64,000 nucleotides of DNA from NCBI GenBank assembly GCA_036653535.1, contig JAVVTR010000002.1, positions 71,837 through 135,836 of the forward strand. The letters are read 5' to 3'. The notes beneath the pieces are model-generated. The model worked only from the letters and a program-made list of their open reading frames with translations, was not told the origin of the DNA and did no database searches. Made by a program: the position numbers and the translations under genes. Source of the DNA: Bacteroidales bacterium (GTDB taxonomy: Bacteria; Bacteroidota; Bacteroidia; Bacteroidales; P3). Below, piece after piece: positions 56,314 through 64,000 of this stretch; position 1 is the stretch's first letter, and every line of letters starts with the position of its first letter.

Positions 56314-57444
56314 ATGAAATATTACATTATAGCCGGCGAAGCGTCGGGCGATTTACATGGCTCCAATCTGATCAAAGAAATTTTGAAAGAAGATAGTGGC
56401 GCACAAATTCGTTGTTGGGGAGGGGATAGGATGGCTCAAGCAGGAGGTACGTTAGTAAAGCACTATAAGGATTTGGCATTTATGGGATTTGTAGAGGTCT
56501 TGATGAATTTATTCACCATTCTTAAAAATTTCAAATTTTGCAAAGCGGATATAAAAGAATTTAAACCCGATGTGTTAGTGCTGATAGATTATCCTGGTTT
56601 TAATCTGAGAATGGCTAAATATGCGCATAAACACGGATTGAAAGTGTTTTATTACATAGCGCCTCAAGTTTGGGCATGGCATACTTCTCGTGTAAAAACG
56701 ATAAAAAAATATGTAGATAAACTATATGCTATCTTGCCTTTTGAAAAAGCTTTTTTTGCAAAATATGATGTGGATGTGGAATTTTATGGTCATCCTTTGT
56801 TAGATGCTTTATCCAATTACAAACCGGATATGCCCTTTTTAATAACAAATGGATATGCCGCTACTTCTTCGGATCCCCGAAAAATAATCGTTGTTTTACC
56901 TGGAAGTAGAAAACAGGAGTTGAAAAATATTTTTCCAACTATGTTGGCTACTGCCCGTTTATTACCTGAGTACAGGTTTGTGGTAGCTGCAACCAAGCAG
57001 TTGAGCGCAACTTATTATCAATCTTTTTTGCAAGATTATCCCGAAGTGGAAATAGTGTATGATCATACCTATGATTTACTTTCTGTCGCTTTTGCTGCTA
57101 TGGTGAAATCCGGAACAGCAACCTTGGAAACAGCTTTGTTTCAAGTACCGGAAGTGGTTTGTTATAAAGGGAATGCCTTATCTTATCGCATTGCTCGTTA
57201 TTTAATTAGAAATATCCAATACATTTCCTTGGTAAATTTAATTTTGAATAAAGAAGTGGTGAAAGAATTAATACAAGAGGATCTTAATTCAACAAGGCTA
57301 CGGAGTGAAATGTTAAAAATATTGAAAGATCCAGATTTTAGAAATAATCAATTGCTTGATTATAAGTGTTTGATAAGCCTTGTTGGAGAAGGTGGGGCAT
57401 CGAAGCGTATAGCCGCTTCAATAAAAGATGAATTTTATCGTTAA
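56314..57444 (+). CDS. lpxB: lipid-A-disaccharide synthase
   Basis: MKYYIIAGEASGDLHG at the N-terminus, plus IDYPGFNLR, YYIAPQVWAW and LPGSR motifs. Confidence 0.9.
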   Translation: MKYYIIAGEASGDLHGSNLIKEILKEDSGAQIRCWGGDRMAQAGGTLVKHYKDLAFMGFVEVLMNLFTILKNFKFCKADIKEFKPDVLVLIDYPGFNLRMAKYAHKHGLKVFYYIAPQVWAWHTSRVKTIKKYVDKLYAILPFEKAFFAKYDVDVEFYGHPLLDALSNYKPDMPFLITNGYAATSSDPRKIIVVLPGSRKQELKNIFPTMLATARLLPEYRFVVAATKQLSATYYQSFLQDYPEVEIVYDHTYDLLSVAFAAMVKSGTATLETALFQVPEVVCYKGNALSYRIARYLIRNIQYISLVNLILNKEVVKELIQEDLNSTRLRSEMLKILKDPDFRNNQLLDYKCLISLVGEGGASKRIAASIKDEFYR

Positions 57445-57463
57445 TTCAAATAGAGACGTTATT

Positions 57464-58636
57464 ATGAGAAGTTTTTTTGTAAAAAGTGTTTTGGTTTTGT
57501 TTGGGAGTATTTTTGTTTATACAGCCTATGCAACAGATTTGTCTGTGCGTATTTTTTCCGATAGGTCTTATGCGAAAATGAAAATGACAACCGTATTGGG
57601 CAATTATAAAATATTGGATGGACAGGGTCAGTTTATAGCAGATCTTAGTACTAATGAGTCGGTAATTATGGAGGTGAATAATCAAAAAATAAATTTGTAT
57701 AATGATGGCAAATCTATGGGATCCTACTCTAATATTTCTTTCGATGGAGAAGGATTGAAAGCTATATTTTGCTTGAGTCCCGAACCGTCAAAAAAAGGAC
57801 AAGAACGTTATTATGATGACCATTTGGAGGTTAGTGTAGAAGCCGCATCCTTATTTTTAATTAATGTGGTAGATTTAGAAAATTACGTGGCTGGAGTGGT
57901 TCAATCGGAAGTAAGAGGAATTAGTGATAAACCAGACTTTTATAAAATACAAGCCATTATATCAAGGACTTATGCCATGAATAATTTGAAGAAACATATT
58001 CAAGATGGATATAATTTATGCGATGATGTACATTGTCAGGTTTATAAAAGTCGTAATAATATGCCAATCATATTAACAGCTACAGTTCAAACAGCGGGAA
58101 AAGTTTTGGTTGATAGCGGAAATCATATAATTACCGCTTCTTTTTATTCTAATTCAGGCGGAGAAACGGTCAATTCGGAAGATGTATGGAATTTAGAAAC
58201 CTCCTATTTAAAATCTATTGTGGATACCTTTTCTTTATCTATGAAAAATGCAAAATGGCAGAAGATTATGCCGAAAATGGAATGGTTGCGGTTTTTAAAG
58301 AAAACATATAATTATAATATTGACAATGTAATGATGCGAGATAGTGCGCTTTCCTTTTCTCAAGAAACAAGGAAAGTGTATTTTTGTGGTCAAATACCCC
58401 TTAAATATATTCGGAGAGATTTAAATTTACGTTCTACTTTCTTTTCGGTTACCTGTGATGGAGAAACGGTTATTCTCAATGGAAAAGGCTATGGTCATGG
58501 CGTAGGACTGAGCCAAGAAGGTGCAGTTAAGATGGTTGATTTTGGTTATTCTGTGGAGGATGTGATAAGATTTTATTACACAGGAGCAAGTATCAAGGAT
58601 GTAGATGAATTACCTACCGATGATTTAGGTGATTAG
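57464..58636 (+). CDS. SpoIID/LytB domain-containing protein
   Basis: Signal peptide from ATG 57464, plus LENYVAGVVQSEV, QAIISRTYA, LCDDVHCQVY, FYSNSGGET and GHGVGLSQEGA motifs. Confidence 0.85.
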   Translation: MRSFFVKSVLVLFGSIFVYTAYATDLSVRIFSDRSYAKMKMTTVLGNYKILDGQGQFIADLSTNESVIMEVNNQKINLYNDGKSMGSYSNISFDGEGLKAIFCLSPEPSKKGQERYYDDHLEVSVEAASLFLINVVDLENYVAGVVQSEVRGISDKPDFYKIQAIISRTYAMNNLKKHIQDGYNLCDDVHCQVYKSRNNMPIILTATVQTAGKVLVDSGNHIITASFYSNSGGETVNSEDVWNLETSYLKSIVDTFSLSMKNAKWQKIMPKMEWLRFLKKTYNYNIDNVMMRDSALSFSQETRKVYFCGQIPLKYIRRDLNLRSTFFSVTCDGETVILNGKGYGHGVGLSQEGAVKMVDFGYSVEDVIRFYYTGASIKDVDELPTDDLGD

Positions 58637-58641
58637 TATTT

Positions 58642-60207
58642 ATGTGGGCGTATCCTTATAGATCGCCATTATATTTAAGTTTTTTCTGTTACGTTACTGG
58701 CATGGTTTTGGGCCTTCCTGGAATGTTCTTTTTCCTTGGCTCCTTTTTTGTTTTTTTTCATCACCAATATGCTCTTTTTAGAGGAATAGGTTTGTTGTGT
58801 TCCATGATTGCCTTAGGTAGTTTTTGTGTTGTTCTGCAAAAGGATATTGGTAGGCAAACACATTATACTACATTGCCACAAAAAGGTATTTACCAGTTAA
58901 AATTAGTAGATACCCCTACGGAAAAAACCAAAACATGGAAAATAAAGGTGGAGGTACAAGCGGTTGGGGTGAAAAGCGAAAACAAAATACGTTGGTATTC
59001 TTCTTATGGTTTTATTTTAATATATCTTCCTAAAGATTCCGTTTCGGCGACATTACAATATGGTTCTGTTATTTATGCACAGGTTCAGCTAAAGCCTATA
59101 GAAAATTTCAAAGAGGATAATGGAAAAACTTTTGATTATAAAACTTTTTTGTCGCATAAACAAATATATGCACAGGCATATATAAAAAGAACAGAATGGC
59201 AATTGGCTAAAAACAAAAGCAGCAAGACATTCATGGAGTCTATCTTTTGTGTATCCGTATCCATTCATACGTATTTACAGAATTTTTTTCATCAAATAAT
59301 AAGAGATAAGAGAGAAGCCGACATCGCTTGTGCCTTGGTTTTAGGCAGTAAGGAGGATATGGACGAAGCTTTACAGCAATCTTATAGAAGTGCAGGAGTG
59401 GTTCATATTCTTTGCGTATCGGGTATGCATTTGGGAATATTCGCATATGTTGTATCTTCCCTCTTGAGTTTTCTTAGTTCTAAAACATGGCAACGATGGT
59501 TGAAGTTTTTGGTAGTTTGTATTGCCATTTGGGGGTATGCGTTTTTTACAGGATTCTCCGTATCGGTGCTTAGATCCTCTTGTATGTTTACCTTGGTATC
59601 CTTAGGACAATGTGTTCATAGAAAAGTAAGTACATCCAGGTCCTTAGTTTTGTCGGCTATGTTGCTGTTTTCTATAAATCCATATTGGCTGTACGATATA
59701 GGCTGTCAATTGTCTTATTTAGCAGTGGTTGGCTTAACTTTTTTTGTTCCGTGCTTGAAAAAAATGTACAGGCCATCTAATAAAATAGTTCAATTTGTGT
59801 GGAATGTTTTGATAGTTTCTATTTCCGCACAATTAGCAACAACACCATTGCTTTTGTTTTATTTTCAGCAATTTTCTCTTTATTTTTGGTTAGGTAATTT
59901 AGTCGTTTCTCCTTTAGCAACGGTGGCAATACCTTGGGGAATAGGTGTGTGTGTGCTTTCTTATATACATTCTACTGTTGCTGGTTTTCTATGCTATGGT
60001 TTAAGCTTTGTACTGAAAAGTATGAATATGTGGGCCGCTATGGTGGAAAAATTACCCAATGCACTACTCTCTATTCCTCTATCTTTTTTGGGTTGTGTGG
60101 GAGTGTATGTCTTGATTATTGCCTTATATATAGCCATAAAAAAGCGGCATAAGAATTGGCTAAAAGTAAGTTTGATAAGTTTGTGTTTTATTTGTTGGAT
60201 TGGATAA
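58642..60207 (+). CDS. comEC: ComEC/Rec2 family competence channel protein (no metallo-beta-lactamase domain)
   Basis: 521 aa, polytopic. An OB-like insert follows the first helices, and the competence-domain motif AGVVHILCVSGMHLGI is present. I saw no HxHxDH motif. Confidence 0.82.
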   Translation: MWAYPYRSPLYLSFFCYVTGMVLGLPGMFFFLGSFFVFFHHQYALFRGIGLLCSMIALGSFCVVLQKDIGRQTHYTTLPQKGIYQLKLVDTPTEKTKTWKIKVEVQAVGVKSENKIRWYSSYGFILIYLPKDSVSATLQYGSVIYAQVQLKPIENFKEDNGKTFDYKTFLSHKQIYAQAYIKRTEWQLAKNKSSKTFMESIFCVSVSIHTYLQNFFHQIIRDKREADIACALVLGSKEDMDEALQQSYRSAGVVHILCVSGMHLGIFAYVVSSLLSFLSSKTWQRWLKFLVVCIAIWGYAFFTGFSVSVLRSSCMFTLVSLGQCVHRKVSTSRSLVLSAMLLFSINPYWLYDIGCQLSYLAVVGLTFFVPCLKKMYRPSNKIVQFVWNVLIVSISAQLATTPLLLFYFQQFSLYFWLGNLVVSPLATVAIPWGIGVCVLSYIHSTVAGFLCYGLSFVLKSMNMWAAMVEKLPNALLSIPLSFLGCVGVYVLIIALYIAIKKRHKNWLKVSLISLCFICWIG

Positions 60208-60210
60208 AAA

Positions 60211-60256
60211 AGCGACTCTCTATAAAAACGAGTTTGTGTTTTTATAGAGAGTCGCT
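60211..60256. terminator. long perfect inverted repeat between the convergent comEC and ompA-like genes
   Basis: A 19-bp perfect stem, agcgactctctataaaaac (60211-60229) / gtttttatagagagtcgct (60238-60256), with an 8-nt loop. An A-run on the left side gives a U-tract for the minus-strand transcript. Confidence 0.65.
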
Positions 60257-60289
60257 TAGAAAATAAAACTACTAAAAAGGGAAGATAGA

Positions 60290-61228
60290 TTAGTTTCCTA
60301 AAATTTGGAACAATTCATTTAATTTCGGGGTGAGTATAATTTCCGTTCTACGATTTTTGGCTCTATTTTCTTTTATATCATTACTAACCAATGGAACAAA
60401 TTCCCCTCTTCCTGCAGCTGTTATTTGGCCTGGATTAACGCCTTTATTTTCCAAAAGAATTTTTACAATAGAGGTTGCTCTCATCACGCTTAAATCCCAA
60501 TTGTCTTGAATGTCTCCTTTGCTTTTAAGAGGAACGTTATCGGTATGGCCTTCCACTAAAACTTGTATATCCGGATTTTTGGCAAGAATATTACTTACTT
60601 CGTAAAGAGCTTCTCTACCCTGTGGCCCAACGGTCCAACTACCGGAAGCAAACAATAATTTCTCGTCCATGGAAACGTAAACTTTGCCATTTTTAGTATA
60701 AACAGAGAGTCCTTTGTCTTTAAATCCTAATAAAGCATCATTAACCTTATCCTTAAGGGCATTCATTTCTTGCACTTTTTTATCTAATATTTCTTGAAGT
60801 TCGTTCACCCGTTTTTCTTTTTCTGCTAACAAGGCTGCTTTTTCTTTTAGTTCACTTTCTTTTTGATTTAATTTTTGTGCTAATGCATCTTTCCCAGAGA
60901 CGGTGGTTTTGTACTTGGAATCAATTTGATCGTAACTATGTTGTAAACTTTGTAGCTCTTCACTACATACTTGATAATTTCTCCTTAGAGTGTCTAATTC
61001 CGTAGTACTGTTTTCTAGTTCTTTTCCAAGTCGATCGGAGAGAGATTTGCATTCGGTTAAATTTACTCCAAGTTGTTGATTTTCTTTGTCTAATTTATTG
61101 CTTTTTTTAGTACAAGCCTCACTCTTAGATAATAATTCGTTGTATTTTTTGGAGGAAACACAAGAAAAATTGCCTAGCATTAAGGCAGAAAGTAATAATA
61201 CTTCCGAAATATAAATAAAACGTTTCAT
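60290..61228 (-). CDS. OmpA-family lipoprotein with a long coiled-coil linker
   Basis: Lipobox LGNFSC, about 150 aa of heptad-like E/K/L/Q-rich sequence, and a C-terminal OmpA/MotB peptidoglycan-binding domain (VEGHTDNVPL...NWDLSVMRATSIV...NRRTEI). Confidence 0.85.
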   Translation of the reverse strand: MKRFIYISEVLLLSALMLGNFSCVSSKKYNELLSKSEACTKKSNKLDKENQQLGVNLTECKSLSDRLGKELENSTTELDTLRRNYQVCSEELQSLQHSYDQIDSKYKTTVSGKDALAQKLNQKESELKEKAALLAEKEKRVNELQEILDKKVQEMNALKDKVNDALLGFKDKGLSVYTKNGKVYVSMDEKLLFASGSWTVGPQGREALYEVSNILAKNPDIQVLVEGHTDNVPLKSKGDIQDNWDLSVMRATSIVKILLENKGVNPGQITAAGRGEFVPLVSNDIKENRAKNRRTEIILTPKLNELFQILGN

Positions 61229-61324
61229 AGTAGTATGTCTTAAAAGGTTTATTGATCAATAATAAAAATCTAAAGATAGTTAAAGTGTTTCAGAAATTAA
61301 AAAAACGTATAAATTAAATTGTTT

Positions 61325-62107
61325 CTAAAAATTGGTTTCTATTTCAATGCCACTGGGACAGTGATCCGAATGAACCACTTGTGGATATATAAAAGCATGG
61401 TTTAAATATGGAGTGAGGTTATTAGTGAGCATTAGGTAGTCAATACGCCAGCCTAAATTCTTTATTCTAGAATTTGCTCTGTAGCTCCACCAGGTATATT
61501 GATTTTTTTGATCCGGATTTTTATATCTAAAACTATCGGTAAAACCTGTTTCTATAAAATCACTCATCCATTTTCTTTCTTCTGGCAAAAAGCCTGAAGA
61601 TTTAGCGTTGCGGATGGGATCGTGAATATCTATAGCTTCGTGACAAATATTATAGTCGCCTGCCAAAATTAAGTACGGTCTTTGCTTTTGTAATTCCTGT
61701 ATGTACTTTTGAAAATCGGTTAGCCATTGCATTTTAAAAGCTTGACGCTCTTCTCCACTGGTGCCGGATGGGTGATAGGCGCTTATTACACTAATTTTTC
61801 CAAAATCAGCCCGAAGGAATCTTCCTTCTGCATCATAAATAGGAATACCCATTCCTGCATATATTTGATCTGGCTCTTCTTTACTCAATATAGCTACACC
61901 GCTATAGCCTTTTTTTTGAGCAGAAAAACAATGGCATTTATAGCCAATAGCTTCAAAATCTAATATAGGTATAACATCAACCTGAGCCTTGGTCTCTTGC
62001 AAACAAACTATATCCGCTCCACTTTGTTCTAGCCATTCGATAAAGCCCTTGCCTATAGCAGCACGTATTCCATTAACGTTATAGGTTATAATTTTTTTTG
62101 AGGACAT
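61325..62107 (-). CDS. xth: exodeoxyribonuclease III
   Basis: YNVNGIRA, CLQETK, GDYNICH and SDHCP motifs. I place the start at MSSKKIITYNVNG (62107). A TAACTTTG box at 62135-62142 lies inside the longer ORF. Confidence 0.92.
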   Translation of the reverse strand: MSSKKIITYNVNGIRAAIGKGFIEWLEQSGADIVCLQETKAQVDVIPILDFEAIGYKCHCFSAQKKGYSGVAILSKEEPDQIYAGMGIPIYDAEGRFLRADFGKISVISAYHPSGTSGEERQAFKMQWLTDFQKYIQELQKQRPYLILAGDYNICHEAIDIHDPIRNAKSSGFLPEERKWMSDFIETGFTDSFRYKNPDQKNQYTWWSYRANSRIKNLGWRIDYLMLTNNLTPYLNHAFIYPQVVHSDHCPSGIEIETNF

Positions 62108-62134
62108 AGTGTATCTTGTTATTTGTAAGAGTTG

Positions 62135-62142
62135 CAAAGTTA
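62135..62142 (-). promoter_or_regulatory. candidate -7 box (TAACTTTG on the minus strand) for xth
   Basis: TAnnTTTG match 28 nt upstream of ATG 62107. Confidence 0.5.
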
Positions 62143-62172
62143 TGTAAAAATTCCAATTTCAAAAAATTTGCT

Positions 62173-62180
62173 TATTTTTG
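62173..62180 (+). promoter_or_regulatory. candidate -7 box (TATTTTTG) for the FKBP gene leader
   Basis: TAnnTTTG match about 100 nt upstream of ATG 62284. Confidence 0.4.
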
Positions 62181-62200
62181 TGAAATTAAAAAATCATTGG

Positions 62201-62240
62201 TCTTAGAAGTTGCCTAAGATTAGAAAATTTCTAATCTTTT
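62201..62240 (+). promoter_or_regulatory. two mutually exclusive stem-loops in the leader of the FKBP gene
   Basis: Stem A is tcttag (62201-62206) / ctaaga (62214-62219). Stem B is aagattaga (62216-62224) / tctaatctt (62230-62238), followed by tt. The two stems share 62216-62219. Confidence 0.35.
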
Positions 62241-62283
62241 CGATAAAAGAAACAGTTCTAAATGGGCTAAAAAGGAAAACAAT

Positions 62284-62778
62284 ATGAATGTAGAAAAAAA
62301 CAGTGTGGTGAGTTTAACCTATACGCTCCGATATGATGATATAAATGGAGAAATTATAGAAGAGGTGGATAAAACCAATCCTATGAATGTGTTAATTGGG
62401 CACGAATTGCTTTTAGATAAATTTGAAGAAAATTTGCAAGGTTTAAAAAAAGGAGATTTATTTGAATTTGCACTTACAGAAGAAGAAGGATATGGTTTAT
62501 ATGATGAAGAAGGGGTTATAAGAGTTCCCAAAGCGGAATTGATGGATGGGGTACCAGAAGAAGAGCGAGAGATGTTGTATGAAGGTAATATTGTACCTAT
62601 ACAAGATACAGAGGGAACCGAGTATCAGGCATTTATAACAGAGATAAAGGACGATATTATTACTTTGGATTTTAATCATCCTTTGGCTGGAGAAAATCTT
62701 TATTTTAAGGGTGTTGTTGTTGGCGTTAGAGAAGCAACAAAGGAGGAGATTAAAACGGAGAATGTAACGAAATTTTAA
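62284..62778 (+). CDS. slyD: FKBP-type peptidyl-prolyl cis-trans isomerase (SlyD-like)
   Basis: 164 aa. VVSLTYTLRY...NPMNVLIGHELLLDKFEENLQGLKKGD...YG and an insert-in-flap-like segment, then LDFNHPLAGENLYF. Confidence 0.85.
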   Translation: MNVEKNSVVSLTYTLRYDDINGEIIEEVDKTNPMNVLIGHELLLDKFEENLQGLKKGDLFEFALTEEEGYGLYDEEGVIRVPKAELMDGVPEEEREMLYEGNIVPIQDTEGTEYQAFITEIKDDIITLDFNHPLAGENLYFKGVVVGVREATKEEIKTENVTKF

Positions 62779-62789
62779 AGGAGGAAACC

Positions 62790-63581
62790 ATGAGTATAGG
62801 ATTTATAGTATGTATTGTTTTTTGTATAGCTTTAATAACAACAGGAGTGGTTATATTGGTGCAAAAACGCAAAAAAAAGCATCCCCTTGTTTTTCGGCAT
62901 GGACAAACTATATCTCAATTTTATAATATAGCAGATGAAGCCGAAAAGGAGCAGAATAAAAAGCTGCAAGATAATTCTTTAGATTCGATACAAGAAGAAA
63001 TACCTGCTTCCGAAGTAGGTTCGGAAAATGCGATGAAGCAAGAGAATTTTGAAAATATGCCTCATAGGGAAGATGCCTTATTGAGTTTTGTGGATCTAAA
63101 GGAGGAATCGGATATGGATAATAGTGCTTTGCCAAAGAATATCGCTATGGAAAATAGAGAGGAGCAAGCCTTATTAATGTTTGAAACACATGAATTATTA
63201 TTGACCCTTTCCGATGGGGTGAAGAAAATAGCAGCGGCCAAAACGGAAGAAATACGCAATGAACGAATAAAGGAAATGCAGCAAGCTTTAAAAGTATTAG
63301 ATGTTAAAAGTCGATGGGAAGAATATAGGGAACTTTTTAGCAAAACATATCCTGGATTTTTCAATAAATTAGAAACTTATTCTCCTGAATTAAATCCTTT
63401 TGAGTTACGCTTATGTGCTTTATTAGCATTAGATAAAAGCACTCGGGAAATAGCAGATTTAAGTAATAGGTCTATAAGAACGATAGAAACTTCTATTTAT
63501 AAAATTCGTAAAAAACTAAGTATCCCTTCGGAGGCAAAAATTCAAGATTTTTTGAAAAACTTGGGAAACGACACCAAATAA
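62790..63581 (+). CDS. membrane-anchored LuxR-family HTH transcriptional regulator
   Basis: 263 aa with an N-terminal TM helix (IGFIVCIVFCIALITTGVVILV, then KRKKKH) and an acidic linker. The C-terminal LuxR-type HTH is ELRLCALLALDKSTREIADLSNRSIRTIETSIYKIRKKL. Confidence 0.7.
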   Translation: MSIGFIVCIVFCIALITTGVVILVQKRKKKHPLVFRHGQTISQFYNIADEAEKEQNKKLQDNSLDSIQEEIPASEVGSENAMKQENFENMPHREDALLSFVDLKEESDMDNSALPKNIAMENREEQALLMFETHELLLTLSDGVKKIAAAKTEEIRNERIKEMQQALKVLDVKSRWEEYRELFSKTYPGFFNKLETYSPELNPFELRLCALLALDKSTREIADLSNRSIRTIETSIYKIRKKLSIPSEAKIQDFLKNLGNDTK

Positions 63582-63771
63582 AAACTAAGCAAATTAAGCA
63601 AACTTATAGAATTAGATAGTGGTTAAGCCTTGAAGTATTGACCTCTTTCACTAGTGTCCCATTAAAGTTTAGAAATATTCTTTGAAATTATTGAAATATA
63701 GTTAGTTGCAAAGATTTTTATTGTGCGACGATTTGAATTTGTAGATTTGCGTTTAATAAGTTATTACGCAT

Positions 63772-64000
63772 ATGCACAAAGACAAATATGTTTTCGCACA
63801 ATTGATTTCGTTTCTCGACAACGATAAGTTTCGACGCATCGTCGCCAAGTACGAAGGTGACAAATATATCAAGCATTTCACTTGTTGGAATCAGCTGCTG
63901 GCGTTGATGTTCGGGCAGCTCTGCAATCGCGAAAGTTTGCGAGATTTGATAGTCGCCTTAGATGCTCATCGCTCTAAATGTTACCACTTGGGAATGGGCA
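63772..64000 (+). CDS. IS4-family transposase, N-terminal DUF4372 part (truncated by the window end)
   Basis: I read this directly from ATG 63772: MHKDKYVFAQLISFLDNDKFRRIVAKYEGDKYIKHFTCWNQLLALMFGQLCNRESLRDLIVALDAHRSKCYHLGMG. This pattern (KYVFAQL...FTCWNQ...FGQL...ESLRDL...YHLG) is the DUF4372 N-terminus of Bacteroidota IS4-family transposases as I recall it. Confidence 0.8.
   Translation, partial: MHKDKYVFAQLISFLDNDKFRRIVAKYEGDKYIKHFTCWNQLLALMFGQLCNRESLRDLIVALDAHRSKCYHLGMG
63772..64000 (+). mobile_element. insertion sequence (IS4 family), left boundary unresolved, continues beyond the window
   Basis: Transposase ORF plus a visible rise in G+C relative to the flanking DNA. The terminal inverted repeat cannot be assigned without the other end, and the true left end probably lies within 63600-63771. 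Confidence 0.6.

Noticed and set aside
1-64000. Search by eye for tRNA, rRNA, tmRNA, SRP RNA, RNase P RNA, riboswitches, group II introns, retron or DGR elements, and defence systems.
   Set aside because: I recognised none. No spacer has T-loop or anticodon-arm patterns or the SRP domain IV motif. No reverse transcriptase, nuclease/helicase defence cassette, toxin-antitoxin pair or cas gene is present. A covariance-model scan would be needed to exclude small RNAs.

Overview
This is an AT-rich chromosomal window (about one-third G+C by eye, not computed) from a member of the phylum Bacteroidota. That call rests on a T9SS type-A C-terminal sorting domain, TAnnTTTG -7 promoter boxes upstream of many start codons, and lineage-typical synteny: folP/DUF1599/DoxX-like/tpiA/prmA, divergent tsaD and tamB, parA-parB-DUF5683-dapB, rpmG-DUF4295-ftsY, and coaE-yajC-long nusB. 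I call 51 protein-coding genes at very high coding density, with several 1-4 nt start/stop overlaps. I saw no rRNA, tRNA or CRISPR array. Most genes are housekeeping: folate, glycolysis, tRNA t6A, ClpP/trigger factor/signal peptidase, PLP synthase, chromosome partitioning, lysine and serine biosynthesis, peptidoglycan recycling, lipid A, SRP receptor and DNA repair. Eight items are unusual. (1) A tightly coupled unit of a small T9SS-sorted protein, an 874-aa phage-tail-fibre-like protein with an S74 chaperone domain, and ftsE, with no other phage genes nearby. (2) A glycogen locus built from a GH133-type debrancher, a GT4, a GH57 and a 1415-aa GT3 synthase/GT35 phosphorylase fusion, with no glgC/glgA/glgB; the GH57 carries 15 tandem 27-bp repeats encoding a histone-H1-like KKxAPKAxA tail. 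(3) A 1534-aa orphan secreted protein. (4) A comparatively GC-rich, hairpin-dense 200-nt spacer upstream of plsY that may be an ncRNA. (5) A 13-bp tandem repeat that starts at the lepB stop codon. (6) Three tandem paralogous outer-membrane beta-barrel genes. (7) Strong intercistronic hairpins in the pdxS-pdxT and serC-serA pairs. (8) A higher-GC IS4-type transposase at the right edge, next to a membrane-anchored LuxR-type regulator. All family assignments come from motif recognition by eye. No database search or computation was run, so none of the 'novel' interpretations is proven. I found no defence system, retroelement or CRISPR-like system.
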